Part shown: piece after piece, positions 9,651 through 19,991 of the stretch
Numbering within the stretch: position 1 is the stretch's first letter
Layout: every line of letters starts with the position of its first letter
Assembly (NCBI GenBank): GCA_051531975.1
Contig: JAOPTT010000006.1
Span: 526,977 to 590,976, forward strand
Direction: 5' to 3'
Length of the DNA stretch: 64,000 nt
DNA from: Spirochaetaceae bacterium
GTDB lineage: Bacteria; Spirochaetota; Spirochaetia; DSM-2461
Position numbers and translations under genes: made by a program
Notes under the pieces: model-generated
Databases searched by the model: none
What the model saw: the letters and a program-made list of their open reading frames with translations, nothing else
Told to the model about the DNA's origin: nothing

Positions 9651-11177
9651 ATGGACTATGTAGTTGAAATGTGTAATATAACTAAAGAGTTTCCAGGTAT
9701 AATTGCAAATGATAATATATCTATAAATCTTAAAAAGGGTGAAATTTTAGCCCTATTAGGTGAAAACGGAGCAGGTAAATCAACACTAATGAGTATACTT
9801 TTTGGTTTATATAAAGCCGAAAAGGGTGATATAAAAGTTAATGGTAAAAAAGTAAAAATTAATAACCCAAATCAAGCCGGTGATTTAGGTATTGGTATGG
9901 TACATCAACACTTTAAATTAGTTCATAACTTTACAGTTACAGAAAATATTGTTCTAGGGATGGAACCAAAAGGTCTATCATTAAACCTTGATACGGCATC
10001 AAAAAGAATTAAAGAGTTATCAGATAAATATAATTTAGATGTAGATCCAAATGCAAAGATTGAAGATGTTTCAGTTGGGATGCAACAGCGAGTTGAAATT
10101 CTTAAAATGTTATATAGAAATGCAGAAGTATTAATATTTGATGAACCTACAGCTGTATTAACTCCACAAGAAATAAAAGAATTATTAAAAATAATGAAGA
10201 ACTTAATAAATGAAGATAAATCAATTATATTAATAACTCATAAATTAAAAGAGATTAAAGAAGCAGCAGACCGTTGTACAGTAATTAGACGTGGTAAAGT
10301 AATTCAAACAGTGGAAGTAAAAGATAGCTCTGTATCTGATATGGCAGAGATGATGGTAGGTAGAAAAGTATCATTTAAAATTGATAAAAAAGAAAAACAA
10401 TTAGGTGAAACAATCCTTGATATAAAAAATATAAATGTCCTAAATAGCAGAAGAGTTTTAGGTCTTAAAGATTTCTCATTATCTGTTAAAAGTGGAGAAA
10501 TTGTTGGTATTGCAGGAGTTGATGGAAATGGACAAAGTGAACTTATTGAAGCAATTACTGGTTTAAGACCATTAGAAAGTGGACATATTTATCATAAAGG
10601 TTCTGATATTTCTAATTATACAATAAATGAAAGATTTAAATCTGGAATATCACATATCCCAGAGGACAGACATAAACATGGTCTGGTCTTAGACTACTCA
10701 ATTGAAGAAAATATGGTATTAGAAGTTATTTCTGATCAGCCCTTTTCAAAAAATGGTTTCATTAAAAAAGAACCAATAAGAAAACATGCTGAAGAAATAA
10801 TTACAGATTTTGATGTTAGATCTGGCCAGGGTGCTATTACAAAAACAAGATCTATGTCCGGTGGAAACCAGCAAAAAGCAATTATTGGACGTGAAATAAA
10901 GCATAACCCAGATCTTTTAATTGCAGTACAACCAACTAGAGGGTTAGATGTTGGATCAATTGAATATATCCATAAAAGACTAATTGAACAGAGAGACAAT
11001 GGTAAAGCTGTTATTTTAATTTCATTAGAACTTGATGAGGTTTTAGATCTATCAGATAGAATTGCTGTTGTAAATAGTGGAAATTTAATAGGAATTGTTG
11101 ATTCCAAAAAAACTAATGAAAACGAAGTTGGATTAATGATGGCTGGAATAAACAAAGGAGAAAACATTGAAAAATAG
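9651..11177 (+). CDS. Nucleoside ABC transporter ATP-binding protein (two ABC domains)
   Basis: GENGAGKST, VSVGMQQR, FDEPT, SGGNQQK and QPTRGLDVG. Confidence 0.93.
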   Translation: MDYVVEMCNITKEFPGIIANDNISINLKKGEILALLGENGAGKSTLMSILFGLYKAEKGDIKVNGKKVKINNPNQAGDLGIGMVHQHFKLVHNFTVTENIVLGMEPKGLSLNLDTASKRIKELSDKYNLDVDPNAKIEDVSVGMQQRVEILKMLYRNAEVLIFDEPTAVLTPQEIKELLKIMKNLINEDKSIILITHKLKEIKEAADRCTVIRRGKVIQTVEVKDSSVSDMAEMMVGRKVSFKIDKKEKQLGETILDIKNINVLNSRRVLGLKDFSLSVKSGEIVGIAGVDGNGQSELIEAITGLRPLESGHIYHKGSDISNYTINERFKSGISHIPEDRHKHGLVLDYSIEENMVLEVISDQPFSKNGFIKKEPIRKHAEEIITDFDVRSGQGAITKTRSMSGGNQQKAIIGREIKHNPDLLIAVQPTRGLDVGSIEYIHKRLIEQRDNGKAVILISLELDEVLDLSDRIAVVNSGNLIGIVDSKKTNENEVGLMMAGINKGENIEK

Positions 11178-12216
11178 AAAACTATGGGTTGCTATAATTT
11201 CGGTTATTTTAGGTTTACTAGCCGGAGCTATTTTAATGGCACTTATTGGTAATAATCCTTTTGAAGGTTATTTATACCTATTCAAAGGTGGATTAATGAG
11301 TGTAGAGAGAGTTGGTAATACACTTGCCACTGCTACACCAATTATTTTAACTGGTCTCTCTGTTGCTTTTGCCTTTAAAACTGGTCTATTTAACATTGGT
11401 GCTTCAGGACAAATGTTAATGGGAGGTCTAGCTGCAACAGCAGTAGCTTTAACTGTAACTCTACCTAAACCATTAATGTTACCAATAATTATTTTAGCTT
11501 CAATTATAGGTGGTGGATTATGGGGTTTTGTTCCCGGTTATTTAAAAGCTAAGTTTAATGTAAACGAAGTTGTTGCAACAATAATGATGAATTGGATTGC
11601 ATACTGGACAGTTTATTATACTGTTCCTGCTTATTTCAAAGGTCAATCATTAGAAACTGAATCAAGAATTATTCCTTTTTTTGCATCGTTAAAAGTTAAA
11701 TGGTTAACAGATCTATTTGATGGTTCTTATATGAATCTAGGTTTTATTCTAGCAATTATTGTGGTTATTGTAATTTCAATTATTTTAAATAGAACTGTAA
11801 TTGGTTTTCAGATGAAAGCTGCTGGATATAATAGAGATGCTGCAGAATATGCAGGAATGAACGTAAATAAAAACATAATACTTTCTATGGTTATAGCCGG
11901 TAGTTTAGCTGGTTTAGCTGGGGCAACTTATTATATAGGTTACTCTTCAAATATTCAGATAGGTATATTACCAACTGCGGGATTTGATGGGATTGCCGTT
12001 GCTTTATTGGGAGCAAACAATCCATACGGTGCAATGGCTGGAGCAATTTTCTTTGGATTATTACATTCAGGAAAAGGATTTATGAGCGCCATGACAGATA
12101 TTCCTCCAGAAATTGGAGATACAATTATTGCAACTATTATATATTTCTCTGCTGTTAGTGTTTTAATTGAGAGATTCTTAATATCAATATCAAAAAAAAT
12201 TAAGGAGCGAAAATAA
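11167..12216 (+). CDS. Nucleoside ABC transporter permease 1
   Basis: GLFNIGASGQ, NEVVATIMMN and GFDGIAVALLG; TTG start overlapping the ATPase gene. Confidence 0.92.
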   Translation: MKNRKLWVAIISVILGLLAGAILMALIGNNPFEGYLYLFKGGLMSVERVGNTLATATPIILTGLSVAFAFKTGLFNIGASGQMLMGGLAATAVALTVTLPKPLMLPIIILASIIGGGLWGFVPGYLKAKFNVNEVVATIMMNWIAYWTVYYTVPAYFKGQSLETESRIIPFFASLKVKWLTDLFDGSYMNLGFILAIIVVIVISIILNRTVIGFQMKAAGYNRDAAEYAGMNVNKNIILSMVIAGSLAGLAGATYYIGYSSNIQIGILPTAGFDGIAVALLGANNPYGAMAGAIFFGLLHSGKGFMSAMTDIPPEIGDTIIATIIYFSAVSVLIERFLISISKKIKERK

Positions 12217-13163
12217 TGGATGTAATTTTAAACTTATTCCCATATGCTATTGCTTTTACAATACCACTTTTAATTACAAGTTTAGGTGGTCTATTTAGTG
12301 AACGAAGTGGAGTTGTAAATATTGGTCTAGAGGGATTAATGATTGTTGGTTCTTTTGCTAGTGCAATTGTTATTAGTAGTGTTCAGGATATATTTCCACC
12401 AACTGTAGCTCTTTGGCTAGGATTATTTGCAGCAATGTTATTTGGTGCGTTATTTTCACTATTACATGCATTTGCTAGTGTTAGTTTAAATGCAAATCAG
12501 GTAATTAGTGGTACAGCTATAAACATGATAGCTGGAGCATTAACAGTTTTTATAGCAAGAAGTTTTACAGGTAGTGGTAATGTAAGAATTAGAATGGGAT
12601 TTAGTAGATTTTCTATTCCAGTTTTAAAAGATATACCAATTATTGGTAAAATGTTTTTTACTAATACATATGCTACAACCTGGTTAGTAATTCTAATATT
12701 AGTAATATCATGGTTTGTAATATATAAAACAGCATTTGGTTTACGACTTAGAGCCTGTGGTGAACATCCACAAGCTGCTGATGCTGCTGGTATTAAAGTA
12801 CATGTAATTAGGTATCTAGGAGTTATTATTTCAGGTGCGTTTGCAGGTTTAGGTGGTGGTGTAATACTAGTTACTTACTCTGGAGAATTTAATGGATCTG
12901 TTGCTGGTCTAGGATTTTTAGCATTAGCTGCATTAATCTTTGGGCAGTGGAAACCATTAGGAATTGTGGGAGCAACATTCTTTTTTGGTTTTGCGAGTAC
13001 TATTGCAAATGTATCCCAGGCAGTACCAGCATTAGCAAATATTCCTGGAATAATTTTAAAGGTATTCCCATATGTAATGACATTATTTGCATTAATACTA
13101 TTTTCAAAAAGTTCCCAAGCTCCAAAAGCAATTGGAGAACCATTTGATTCTGGTAAAAGATAA
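12216..13163 (+). CDS. Nucleoside ABC transporter permease 2
   Basis: ERSGVVNIGLEG, GLRLRACGEHP and GFLALAALIFG. Confidence 0.92.
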   Translation: MDVILNLFPYAIAFTIPLLITSLGGLFSERSGVVNIGLEGLMIVGSFASAIVISSVQDIFPPTVALWLGLFAAMLFGALFSLLHAFASVSLNANQVISGTAINMIAGALTVFIARSFTGSGNVRIRMGFSRFSIPVLKDIPIIGKMFFTNTYATTWLVILILVISWFVIYKTAFGLRLRACGEHPQAADAAGIKVHVIRYLGVIISGAFAGLGGGVILVTYSGEFNGSVAGLGFLALAALIFGQWKPLGIVGATFFFGFASTIANVSQAVPALANIPGIILKVFPYVMTLFALILFSKSSQAPKAIGEPFDSGKR

Positions 13164-13188
13164 TACTACAATATAATAAGGAGATAAA

Positions 13189-14016
13189 ATGAAAGATTTA
13201 GAAAATTTACAAAAAGCTGCGGAATACATACAGCAGAAAGTTACAAATATGCCTACAAGGGCAATTATTCTAGGCTCTGGTCTTGGAGAATTAGCTGAGG
13301 ATGTAAAAAATCCTGTATATTTAAATTATACTGATATCCCAGGTTTCCCTTCCTCAACTGCACCTGGCCACAAAGGTAGACTTGTTATTGGTGAATTAGA
13401 GGGAGAAAACGTACTTTTAATGCAGGGAAGATTTCACTTTTATGAAGGTTATGATATGAGTGTTGTAGTTTTCCCAGTTAGAACTATGAAACTTTTAGGT
13501 ATAAAAGACTTAATAGTTACAAATGCAGCTGGTGGAGTAAATGAATCATTTAAACCAGGTGATTTAATGTTAATTTCTGATCACCTATCAATGTTTTGTA
13601 AAAATCCACTAATGGGGCCTAACTACTCCGATTTTGGACCACGATTTAATGATATGTCAGATCCATATAACAAAAAATCTAGAGCACTAATCCATAATTT
13701 AGCAAAAGATTCTGGTCTTGATCTAAAAGAAGGTGTATATGCTTATATGACTGGACCAAGTTATGAAACTCCAGCAGAGATCAAAGCATTAAGAACTTTA
13801 GGTGCTGACGCAGTTGGAATGTCCACTGTTCCAGAAGTAACTACAGCTGTTCATGCAGGGATAAATGTATTAGGAATATCATGTATTACGAATATGGCTG
13901 CAGGTATATTAGATCAACCACTAGATGGTGATGAAGTTATAGAAACAGGTCAAAAAGTTAAAGTTAAATTCTCTAAACTAATTGTTGATATTTTAAAATC
14001 AGACATATTAAGTTAA
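13189..14016 (+). CDS. punA: Purine-nucleoside phosphorylase, trimeric (PNP-I/PunA type)
   Basis: ILGSGLG, GRFHFYEG, TNAAGG, GPSYETPAE and AVGMSTVPEV. Confidence 0.93.
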   Translation: MKDLENLQKAAEYIQQKVTNMPTRAIILGSGLGELAEDVKNPVYLNYTDIPGFPSSTAPGHKGRLVIGELEGENVLLMQGRFHFYEGYDMSVVVFPVRTMKLLGIKDLIVTNAAGGVNESFKPGDLMLISDHLSMFCKNPLMGPNYSDFGPRFNDMSDPYNKKSRALIHNLAKDSGLDLKEGVYAYMTGPSYETPAEIKALRTLGADAVGMSTVPEVTTAVHAGINVLGISCITNMAAGILDQPLDGDEVIETGQKVKVKFSKLIVDILKSDILS

Positions 14017-14031
14017 AAACTTAATTTCACC

Positions 14032-14076
14032 TTGAATTTCTGCCTAGATCTATTAGAATTCAATAATGGATCTAGG
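14032..14076 (+). promoter_or_regulatory. Candidate hydrogenase promoter (TTGAAT-16-TAGAAT) inside a 34-bp inverted repeat that reaches the SD
   Basis: CCTAGATC at 14043-14050 and GATCTAGG at 14069-14076, extended inward by TATTA/TAATG. Confidence 0.5.
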
Positions 14077-14084
14077 AGAAAATC

Positions 14085-15710
14085 ATGAAGGATAAAGAGA
14101 GTGTAATAGATACATTATTAGTAGAATATAAATTAAAAAAATTTAATCTATTAGATATCTTAACAGATATAAAAAGAGAGTTTAAGACTATAAGTCCAGA
14201 ACTAATTCTTCTATTATCCAAAAAATTAAAAATACCAGCAATAAAAATTGAAGAAGTTCTTACGTTTTATAGTTTTTTAGGTACTGAAAACACTGGAAAA
14301 TACACTATAAGAGTCTGTAAAACTATCTCATGCATTATTGCTAATAAATCAGAAATACTTAATGTAATAGAAATTGAAACAAATACTAAACTAAACAGTA
14401 CCTCAGAAGATAATCTATTTACAATAAAAGAGTGTAACTGTCTTGGAATGTGTGACCAGGGACCTGCTATTTTAATAAATAACATTTTATTATCATCAAT
14501 TAAATCTTATGACATTCCAGTTATAATCACATCATGTAAAAATGGTAATTTTAATGATAAATATGGCCATAGATATGTATCAAATATACATAAAAAATCA
14601 GAATTATACAATTTTCTTGAATCTAAAAGTAATTTCAACTATTTAATCTTATCAGCAGAGGAGATAATAAAAAAAATAACTGAATCAGGGCTAAGAGGTC
14701 GAGGTGGAGCAGGCTTCCCTACTGGCCTTAAATGGGAAACTACTAAAAAAATAAAATCCGATATTAAATATATAATCTGTAATGCAGATGAAGGAGAACC
14801 GGGAACTTTTAAAGATCGTTTCTTACTTGATAAATACCCGGATAAAGTTATTGATGGTTTATTAGCTGGTGCAAAAGCTATTGGAGCTACTGAAGCAGTA
14901 ATATATTTACGAGCAGAGTATACATATTTATTAGAAAAACTTCAAAAAGCAATAGATGAATATGATTTTAATATCTCAATACATCTTGGTAGTGGTTCCT
15001 ATGTTTGTGGAGAAGAAACCGCATTAATTGAATCCCTTGAAGGCCACAGAGGAGAAGCTAGAATAAAACCACCTTACCCTACAGAATATGGATTTAGAGG
15101 AAAACCTACTGTTGTAAATAATGTAGAAACTCTAGTTGATGTGAGCTTAATTCTTGAACATGGAGTATCATTTTTTAATTCAGTAGGAACAGACAAATCT
15201 AAAGGTACTAAGTTTTTTAGTATATCTGGGGATTTAGAAAAACCGGGAATATATGAACTTCCATTTGGAATTACAATCCATGAGTTATTAAATGAACTTA
15301 ATGTTATAGATGTTCAATCAGTACAGATGGGAGGAGCATCAGGTCTAAATATAGCTCCAAAAGACTTTAAAAATGTTATAGCCTACGAAGCTGTACCTTC
15401 TGGTGGTTCAATAATTATTTTTAATAAATATAGAGATATGCTTAAAGTTGCTCAAAATTTCATGGAGTTTTTTGTAGAAGAATCATGTGGACAATGTGTA
15501 CCCTGCCGAGAAGGTTCTATTAAAATATTAGATGGCATAAATCAGATTATACGGGGTAACGGTTCTAAATTTTATTTAGCTAAACTTATATTATTAGCAA
15601 ACAACATTATGATCTCTTCTAAGTGTGGCTTAGGTCAGGTATGCGGAAATTCTTTTATATCAATTATAGAAAATAATCGGCAAGAAATTGAATCTAGGTG
15701 TAAGGAGTAA
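14085..15710 (+). CDS. NAD(H)-linked [FeFe]-hydrogenase diaphorase subunit, NuoE(HydC)-NuoF(HydB) fusion
   Basis: N-terminal CKTISC...CLGMC [2Fe-2S] site; GLRGRGGAGFPTG, NADEGEPGTFKDR and YVCGEETAL; ESCGQCVPCREG...C [4Fe-4S] site. Confidence 0.9.
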   Translation: MKDKESVIDTLLVEYKLKKFNLLDILTDIKREFKTISPELILLLSKKLKIPAIKIEEVLTFYSFLGTENTGKYTIRVCKTISCIIANKSEILNVIEIETNTKLNSTSEDNLFTIKECNCLGMCDQGPAILINNILLSSIKSYDIPVIITSCKNGNFNDKYGHRYVSNIHKKSELYNFLESKSNFNYLILSAEEIIKKITESGLRGRGGAGFPTGLKWETTKKIKSDIKYIICNADEGEPGTFKDRFLLDKYPDKVIDGLLAGAKAIGATEAVIYLRAEYTYLLEKLQKAIDEYDFNISIHLGSGSYVCGEETALIESLEGHRGEARIKPPYPTEYGFRGKPTVVNNVETLVDVSLILEHGVSFFNSVGTDKSKGTKFFSISGDLEKPGIYELPFGITIHELLNELNVIDVQSVQMGGASGLNIAPKDFKNVIAYEAVPSGGSIIIFNKYRDMLKVAQNFMEFFVEESCGQCVPCREGSIKILDGINQIIRGNGSKFYLAKLILLANNIMISSKCGLGQVCGNSFISIIENNRQEIESRCKE

Positions 15711-15713
15711 ATA

Positions 15714-17504
15714 ATGATAAAAGTAGTAATAGATAATAAAGAAATATTAGTGGAGAAAGATACAACAATTTTGGAAGCTGCTAAAATATTAAAAATAAGT
15801 ATACCAACACTGTGTTATCATAAAGATTTAATTCCATTAGGTTTATGTCGTATATGCTTAGTTGAGATAAAAGGTGTAAAAAACCTAGTTGCTTCATGCT
15901 CTTATAAAATAATTTCAGAAATGGAAATATATACATTTTCTGACCGTGTAAGAGAAGCGAGACAAACAATCATAGATTTAATGATTAGCTCCCATGATAA
16001 CAATTGTACAATATGTGATAGAGCAGATAATTGCGAATTACAGCAACTAGCAGTACAGTACGGTTCTTCAAGCTATCCATACGGAAATACAATTACCGAT
16101 AACCGAGTTTATAACCTTTCATCATCAATTTCTAGAGACTATAGTAAATGTATTCAGTGCAGAAGATGTATTCAAACATGTGATTTTTTACAAGACATTG
16201 GGATATATGGAGTAAAAAACAGAGGATCAGATACCCAAATTAGTACTTTTAATAACAATTCATTAATAGAAACTAAATGTATTAACTGTGGCCAATGCAT
16301 TAATAGATGTCCAACAGGTGCACTAAAAGAGATCGAATCAATAACCGATGTATGGGAAGCTATAAAAGATCCAAACAAATATGTTGTTATACAAACAGCT
16401 CCTGCACCAAGAGCTGCAATAGGAGAATGTTTTAATTATCCACCAGGTAATTCATATACATACCAGCTTAATACTGCATTAAAAAAGATTGGTTTTAATA
16501 ATGTATTTGATACATGTTTTACTGCAGACTTAACAATAATTGAAGAAGGAACGGAACTTTTAGAAAGGATTAAAAAAGCAGAGAAACTACCCTTATTCAC
16601 CTCCTGTTCTCCTGGTTGGATTAAATATATTGAGCATAATTACCCAGAATATTTAAATAATCTTTCAACTTCAAAAAGTCCTCATGAAATGTTTGGAGCA
16701 ATAATAAAAACATATTATGCAAAAAAGAAAAATATTGATCCAAAAAATATTGTGGTTGTTTCTTTAATGCCCTGTACAGCTAAAAAATTTGAAATATTAA
16801 GACCAGAAATGGTAGACTCTGGATATCAAGATGTAGATTATGTTTTAACAACTAGAGAGATTGGTAAAATGATAAAACAAGCTGGTTTAGAGTTAAAAGA
16901 TTTAGGTAAAACATATTTTGATGATCCTTTTGGTGATGAAACAGGGTCAGGGATAATTTTTGCCTCAACTGGAGGTGTTATGGAGTCAGCATTAAGAACT
17001 GTTTACCACATAACAACAGGCACACCCTTAGAAGCAGTTACCAACTCCCTAAAAGCTACAACCATAAGAGGTTTTGACGGAGTTAAATATGCTGAGTTTA
17101 AAATTGAAACCGTCGCAGATGTTCCACAGTTATTATCTTCCAAAATTGATAACTTTGATTTTTTACTTGGAGCAACACTTAAAGTTGCAGTATGTCATGG
17201 AACTAAAAATGCTAAAAAGGTTTTAGATAATATAAAAAATGGTGGCGAATTCAGTAAATGCCATTTTATAGAATTTATGGCCTGTCCTGGAGGTTGTTTA
17301 GGAGGAGGAGGACAACCAATTCCAACAAATGATGAAATCAGAAAACAACGAATGTTTGCTGTGTATAATAATGATGAAGAGTCAGAAACAAAACTTTCAA
17401 GTTATAACAGTGCTGTATTAGAGATATATTCTCAATTTTTTAATAATCAACCAGGAGGAGAATTAGCACATAAATTATTACATACCCAATATATAGAACG
17501 ATAG
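15714..17504 (+). CDS. hydA: [FeFe]-hydrogenase catalytic subunit (group A)
   Basis: N-terminal [2Fe-2S], HxxxCxxCxxxxxC and two CxxCxxCxxxC motifs; H-cluster motifs TSCSPGW, MPCTAKKFE and EFMACPGGCLGGGGQP. Confidence 0.95.
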   Translation: MIKVVIDNKEILVEKDTTILEAAKILKISIPTLCYHKDLIPLGLCRICLVEIKGVKNLVASCSYKIISEMEIYTFSDRVREARQTIIDLMISSHDNNCTICDRADNCELQQLAVQYGSSSYPYGNTITDNRVYNLSSSISRDYSKCIQCRRCIQTCDFLQDIGIYGVKNRGSDTQISTFNNNSLIETKCINCGQCINRCPTGALKEIESITDVWEAIKDPNKYVVIQTAPAPRAAIGECFNYPPGNSYTYQLNTALKKIGFNNVFDTCFTADLTIIEEGTELLERIKKAEKLPLFTSCSPGWIKYIEHNYPEYLNNLSTSKSPHEMFGAIIKTYYAKKKNIDPKNIVVVSLMPCTAKKFEILRPEMVDSGYQDVDYVLTTREIGKMIKQAGLELKDLGKTYFDDPFGDETGSGIIFASTGGVMESALRTVYHITTGTPLEAVTNSLKATTIRGFDGVKYAEFKIETVADVPQLLSSKIDNFDFLLGATLKVAVCHGTKNAKKVLDNIKNGGEFSKCHFIEFMACPGGCLGGGGQPIPTNDEIRKQRMFAVYNNDEESETKLSSYNSAVLEIYSQFFNNQPGGELAHKLLHTQYIER

Positions 17505-17592
17505 AGCATAAACATTACATAAGTGTAATAAATCTGAAATGTACAAGAAAGGATATAAACATATATTATGTATGTACAATTTAGGAGCACTT

Positions 17593-18597
17593 ATGGAAAA
17601 TACAATGACAAAAATAGTAGATATAAATGAAATTAATAGCCGAGTAAAAGAGACATCAGCTTGGATTAATAATTTTCGTAAAGAGATGGGAAGAGTTGTT
17701 ATTGGTCAAAATAGATTAATTGATAGACTTTTAATAGCAATGTTAACTGATGGGCATGTATTATTAGAAGGTGTACCTGGGCTTGCAAAAACCTTAACTC
17801 TTAAAACATTAGCAGAATGTATTAATATTGATTTCAAAAGAGTTCAATTTACTCCTGATATGTTACCAGCAGACATTACAGGTACTGAAATATATAACCC
17901 TAAAAATTTAGATTTTATTATTAAAAAGGGACCAATTGACGCGAACCTTATATTAGCTGATGAAATTAATAGAGCTCCAGCAAAAGTTCAAAGTGCTCTA
18001 TTAGAAGCAATGCAAGAGAAACAAGTAACAATTGGAACAGAAACGTTTAAACTACCCCAGCCTTTTTTAGTATTAGCAACACAAAACCCAATAGAACAGG
18101 AAGGTACATACCCACTTCCAGAAGCACAACTAGATAGATTTATGCTTAAAGTTGTAATTGATTACCCTACTCCATCTGAGGAGAGAATTATACTTGATAT
18201 GGGTGGAAGTAACTTACCAGATAGAGTCGATAATGTCGTTGATATAAAAGAATTATTAGAAGCAAAAGATGTTGTTAAAAATATATATATGGATGACAAC
18301 ATAAAAGACTATATAGTCTCAATAGTTTATGCCACTAGAGATCCACAAAAATATAATATAGACATACAAGATTATATTAAAATTGGTGCATCCCCTAGAG
18401 CAACATTATGTCTTAGAGATGGAGCTAAAGCATATGCTTATTTACAAGGTAGAGGTTATGTTACTCCAGCAGATATTAAAGCTATTGCTCCAGATATACT
18501 TAGACATCGAATTGGAATAACTTTTGAGGCAGAAGCTGAAGAACTAACAAGTCTAGATATATTAAATAAAATACTAGAAACCGTACCGGTACCTTAA
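17593..18597 (+). CDS. MoxR-family AAA+ ATPase
   Basis: LLEGVPGLAKT, QFTPDMLPADITG, LADEINRAPAKVQSALLEAMQE and ATQNPIEQEGTYPLPEAQLDRF. Start at ATG 17593 after the SD AGGAG. Confidence 0.95.
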   Translation: MENTMTKIVDINEINSRVKETSAWINNFRKEMGRVVIGQNRLIDRLLIAMLTDGHVLLEGVPGLAKTLTLKTLAECINIDFKRVQFTPDMLPADITGTEIYNPKNLDFIIKKGPIDANLILADEINRAPAKVQSALLEAMQEKQVTIGTETFKLPQPFLVLATQNPIEQEGTYPLPEAQLDRFMLKVVIDYPTPSEERIILDMGGSNLPDRVDNVVDIKELLEAKDVVKNIYMDDNIKDYIVSIVYATRDPQKYNIDIQDYIKIGASPRATLCLRDGAKAYAYLQGRGYVTPADIKAIAPDILRHRIGITFEAEAEELTSLDILNKILETVPVP

Positions 18598-18599
18598 AC

Positions 18600-19493
18600 A
18601 TGGAAAAAAACTTTACAAAAGAAGTTTTAAAAAAAGTAAAAAATCTCGAAATTAAAACTAAGAGTTTAGTTAATGATGCTCTTGCAGGACAATATCACTC
18701 TATTTTTAAAGGTCAAGGAATGAACTTTAGTGAGATTAGAGAGTATGTTCACGGTGATGACGTAAAAAATATAGACTGGAATGTAACTGCGAGACAAGGA
18801 ACCCCTCACATTAAAAAGTACGATGAGGAGAGAGAACGAACAATATTACTCATGGTTGATATTAGTCCTTCAACTCTTTTTGGATCTTCTAATAATAAAA
18901 AAGAAGTTATTGCTGAATTAACAAGCGTTTTAGCATTCTCTGCTGATAAAAATAACGACAAAGTTGGTCTGATCTTATTTACTGATCGTATTGAACTGTT
19001 TATACCACCAGGTAAAGGAAGAACCCATCTTTTAAGGATAATTAGAGAATTACTTTTTTTTGAACCTGTGGGAAAAGCAACCGATGTCATTAAGGTTTTA
19101 GATTTTGTGAATAAAAGCTTTAGTAGAAAAGTTGTTACTTTTTTAATTTCAGATTTAAGTTTAGATACTTTACCGGAAAATTTTAAGAGAAAAATGAAAT
19201 CTACAGGTAAACACCATGATTTAATAACTATTAGAATTAGAGATAAAAATGAGTTAGATATACCTAATGTAGGAATTATAACATTAGAGGATTTAGAAAC
19301 AGGTGACATATTAGAAGTTGATACAAGTAGTAAACATACTAGGAAATTATATAAGAAGTTATTAATTCAGAGGGATGAAAAGATTAGTTCGTTGATTAAA
19401 GCATGTGGTATAGACTTTTTAGACATAAGAACAGATGAAAACTACATGCCTGCTCTACTAAAGTTTTTTACATTAAGAGAAAGGCGAGGATAA
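18600..19493 (+). CDS. DUF58-domain protein
   Basis: FKGQGMNFSEIREYVHGDDVKNIDWNVTAR...EERE; canonical position after moxR. Confidence 0.92.
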   Translation: MEKNFTKEVLKKVKNLEIKTKSLVNDALAGQYHSIFKGQGMNFSEIREYVHGDDVKNIDWNVTARQGTPHIKKYDEERERTILLMVDISPSTLFGSSNNKKEVIAELTSVLAFSADKNNDKVGLILFTDRIELFIPPGKGRTHLLRIIRELLFFEPVGKATDVIKVLDFVNKSFSRKVVTFLISDLSLDTLPENFKRKMKSTGKHHDLITIRIRDKNELDIPNVGIITLEDLETGDILEVDTSSKHTRKLYKKLLIQRDEKISSLIKACGIDFLDIRTDENYMPALLKFFTLRERRG

Positions 19494-19991
19494 ATGGAAG
19501 ATATTATAGAAATATATGAACCTATATATAGAGAAACAAGTAAAGTACTTCCTATAACTCTTTTGTTTCTATTAATTTTACTTATTGGTATAGGACTGTT
19601 TTTTTTGTTTAGGTATATAAAATATAAAAAAAGTATTATTACACCTGAACACAAATATAAAAAATGTTTAGATAGTTTTTTAATACTTCAAAATAATATT
19701 GAAAAAAAATCCACCCATGATTTTGCAGATAAAGTTAGTTATTTATATAAGAAATACTTAACAGATCTTTATTCTACAGATTTCAACTCTACAACAGCTG
19801 AAGAGATGATAGAAAAGTTACTTCTATTTAATGTAGACAATGTACTAATTAAGGATATGTTTATTAATATTATAGAGCCTTGCCAATTTGGGAAACTACA
19901 TATAAACATTGATCAAAAAAATATAACCATTAAAAATTGTGTAGATAGTATTACAACGCAATATAACAAAAAGGTAAATATAGATGCTTAA
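19494..19991 (+). CDS. Membrane-anchored hypothetical protein of the bat cluster (DUF4381-like position)
   Basis: Single N-terminal TM helix; lies between DUF58 and batA. Confidence 0.65.
   Translation: MEDIIEIYEPIYRETSKVLPITLLFLLILLIGIGLFFLFRYIKYKKSIITPEHKYKKCLDSFLILQNNIEKKSTHDFADKVSYLYKKYLTDLYSTDFNSTTAEEMIEKLLLFNVDNVLIKDMFINIIEPCQFGKLHINIDQKNITIKNCVDSITTQYNKKVNIDA

Noticed and set aside
16599..16619. H-cluster motif TSCSPGW instead of TSCCPxW as a sign of an inactive hydrogenase
   Set aside because: This variant is common among multimeric group A enzymes, and the other two H-cluster motifs are intact.
17514..17529. ATTACA-TAAG-TGTAAT palindrome upstream of moxR, resembling the TTACA boxes
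   Set aside because: It is a single short AT-rich instance in the opposite half-site orientation and cannot be distinguished from chance.
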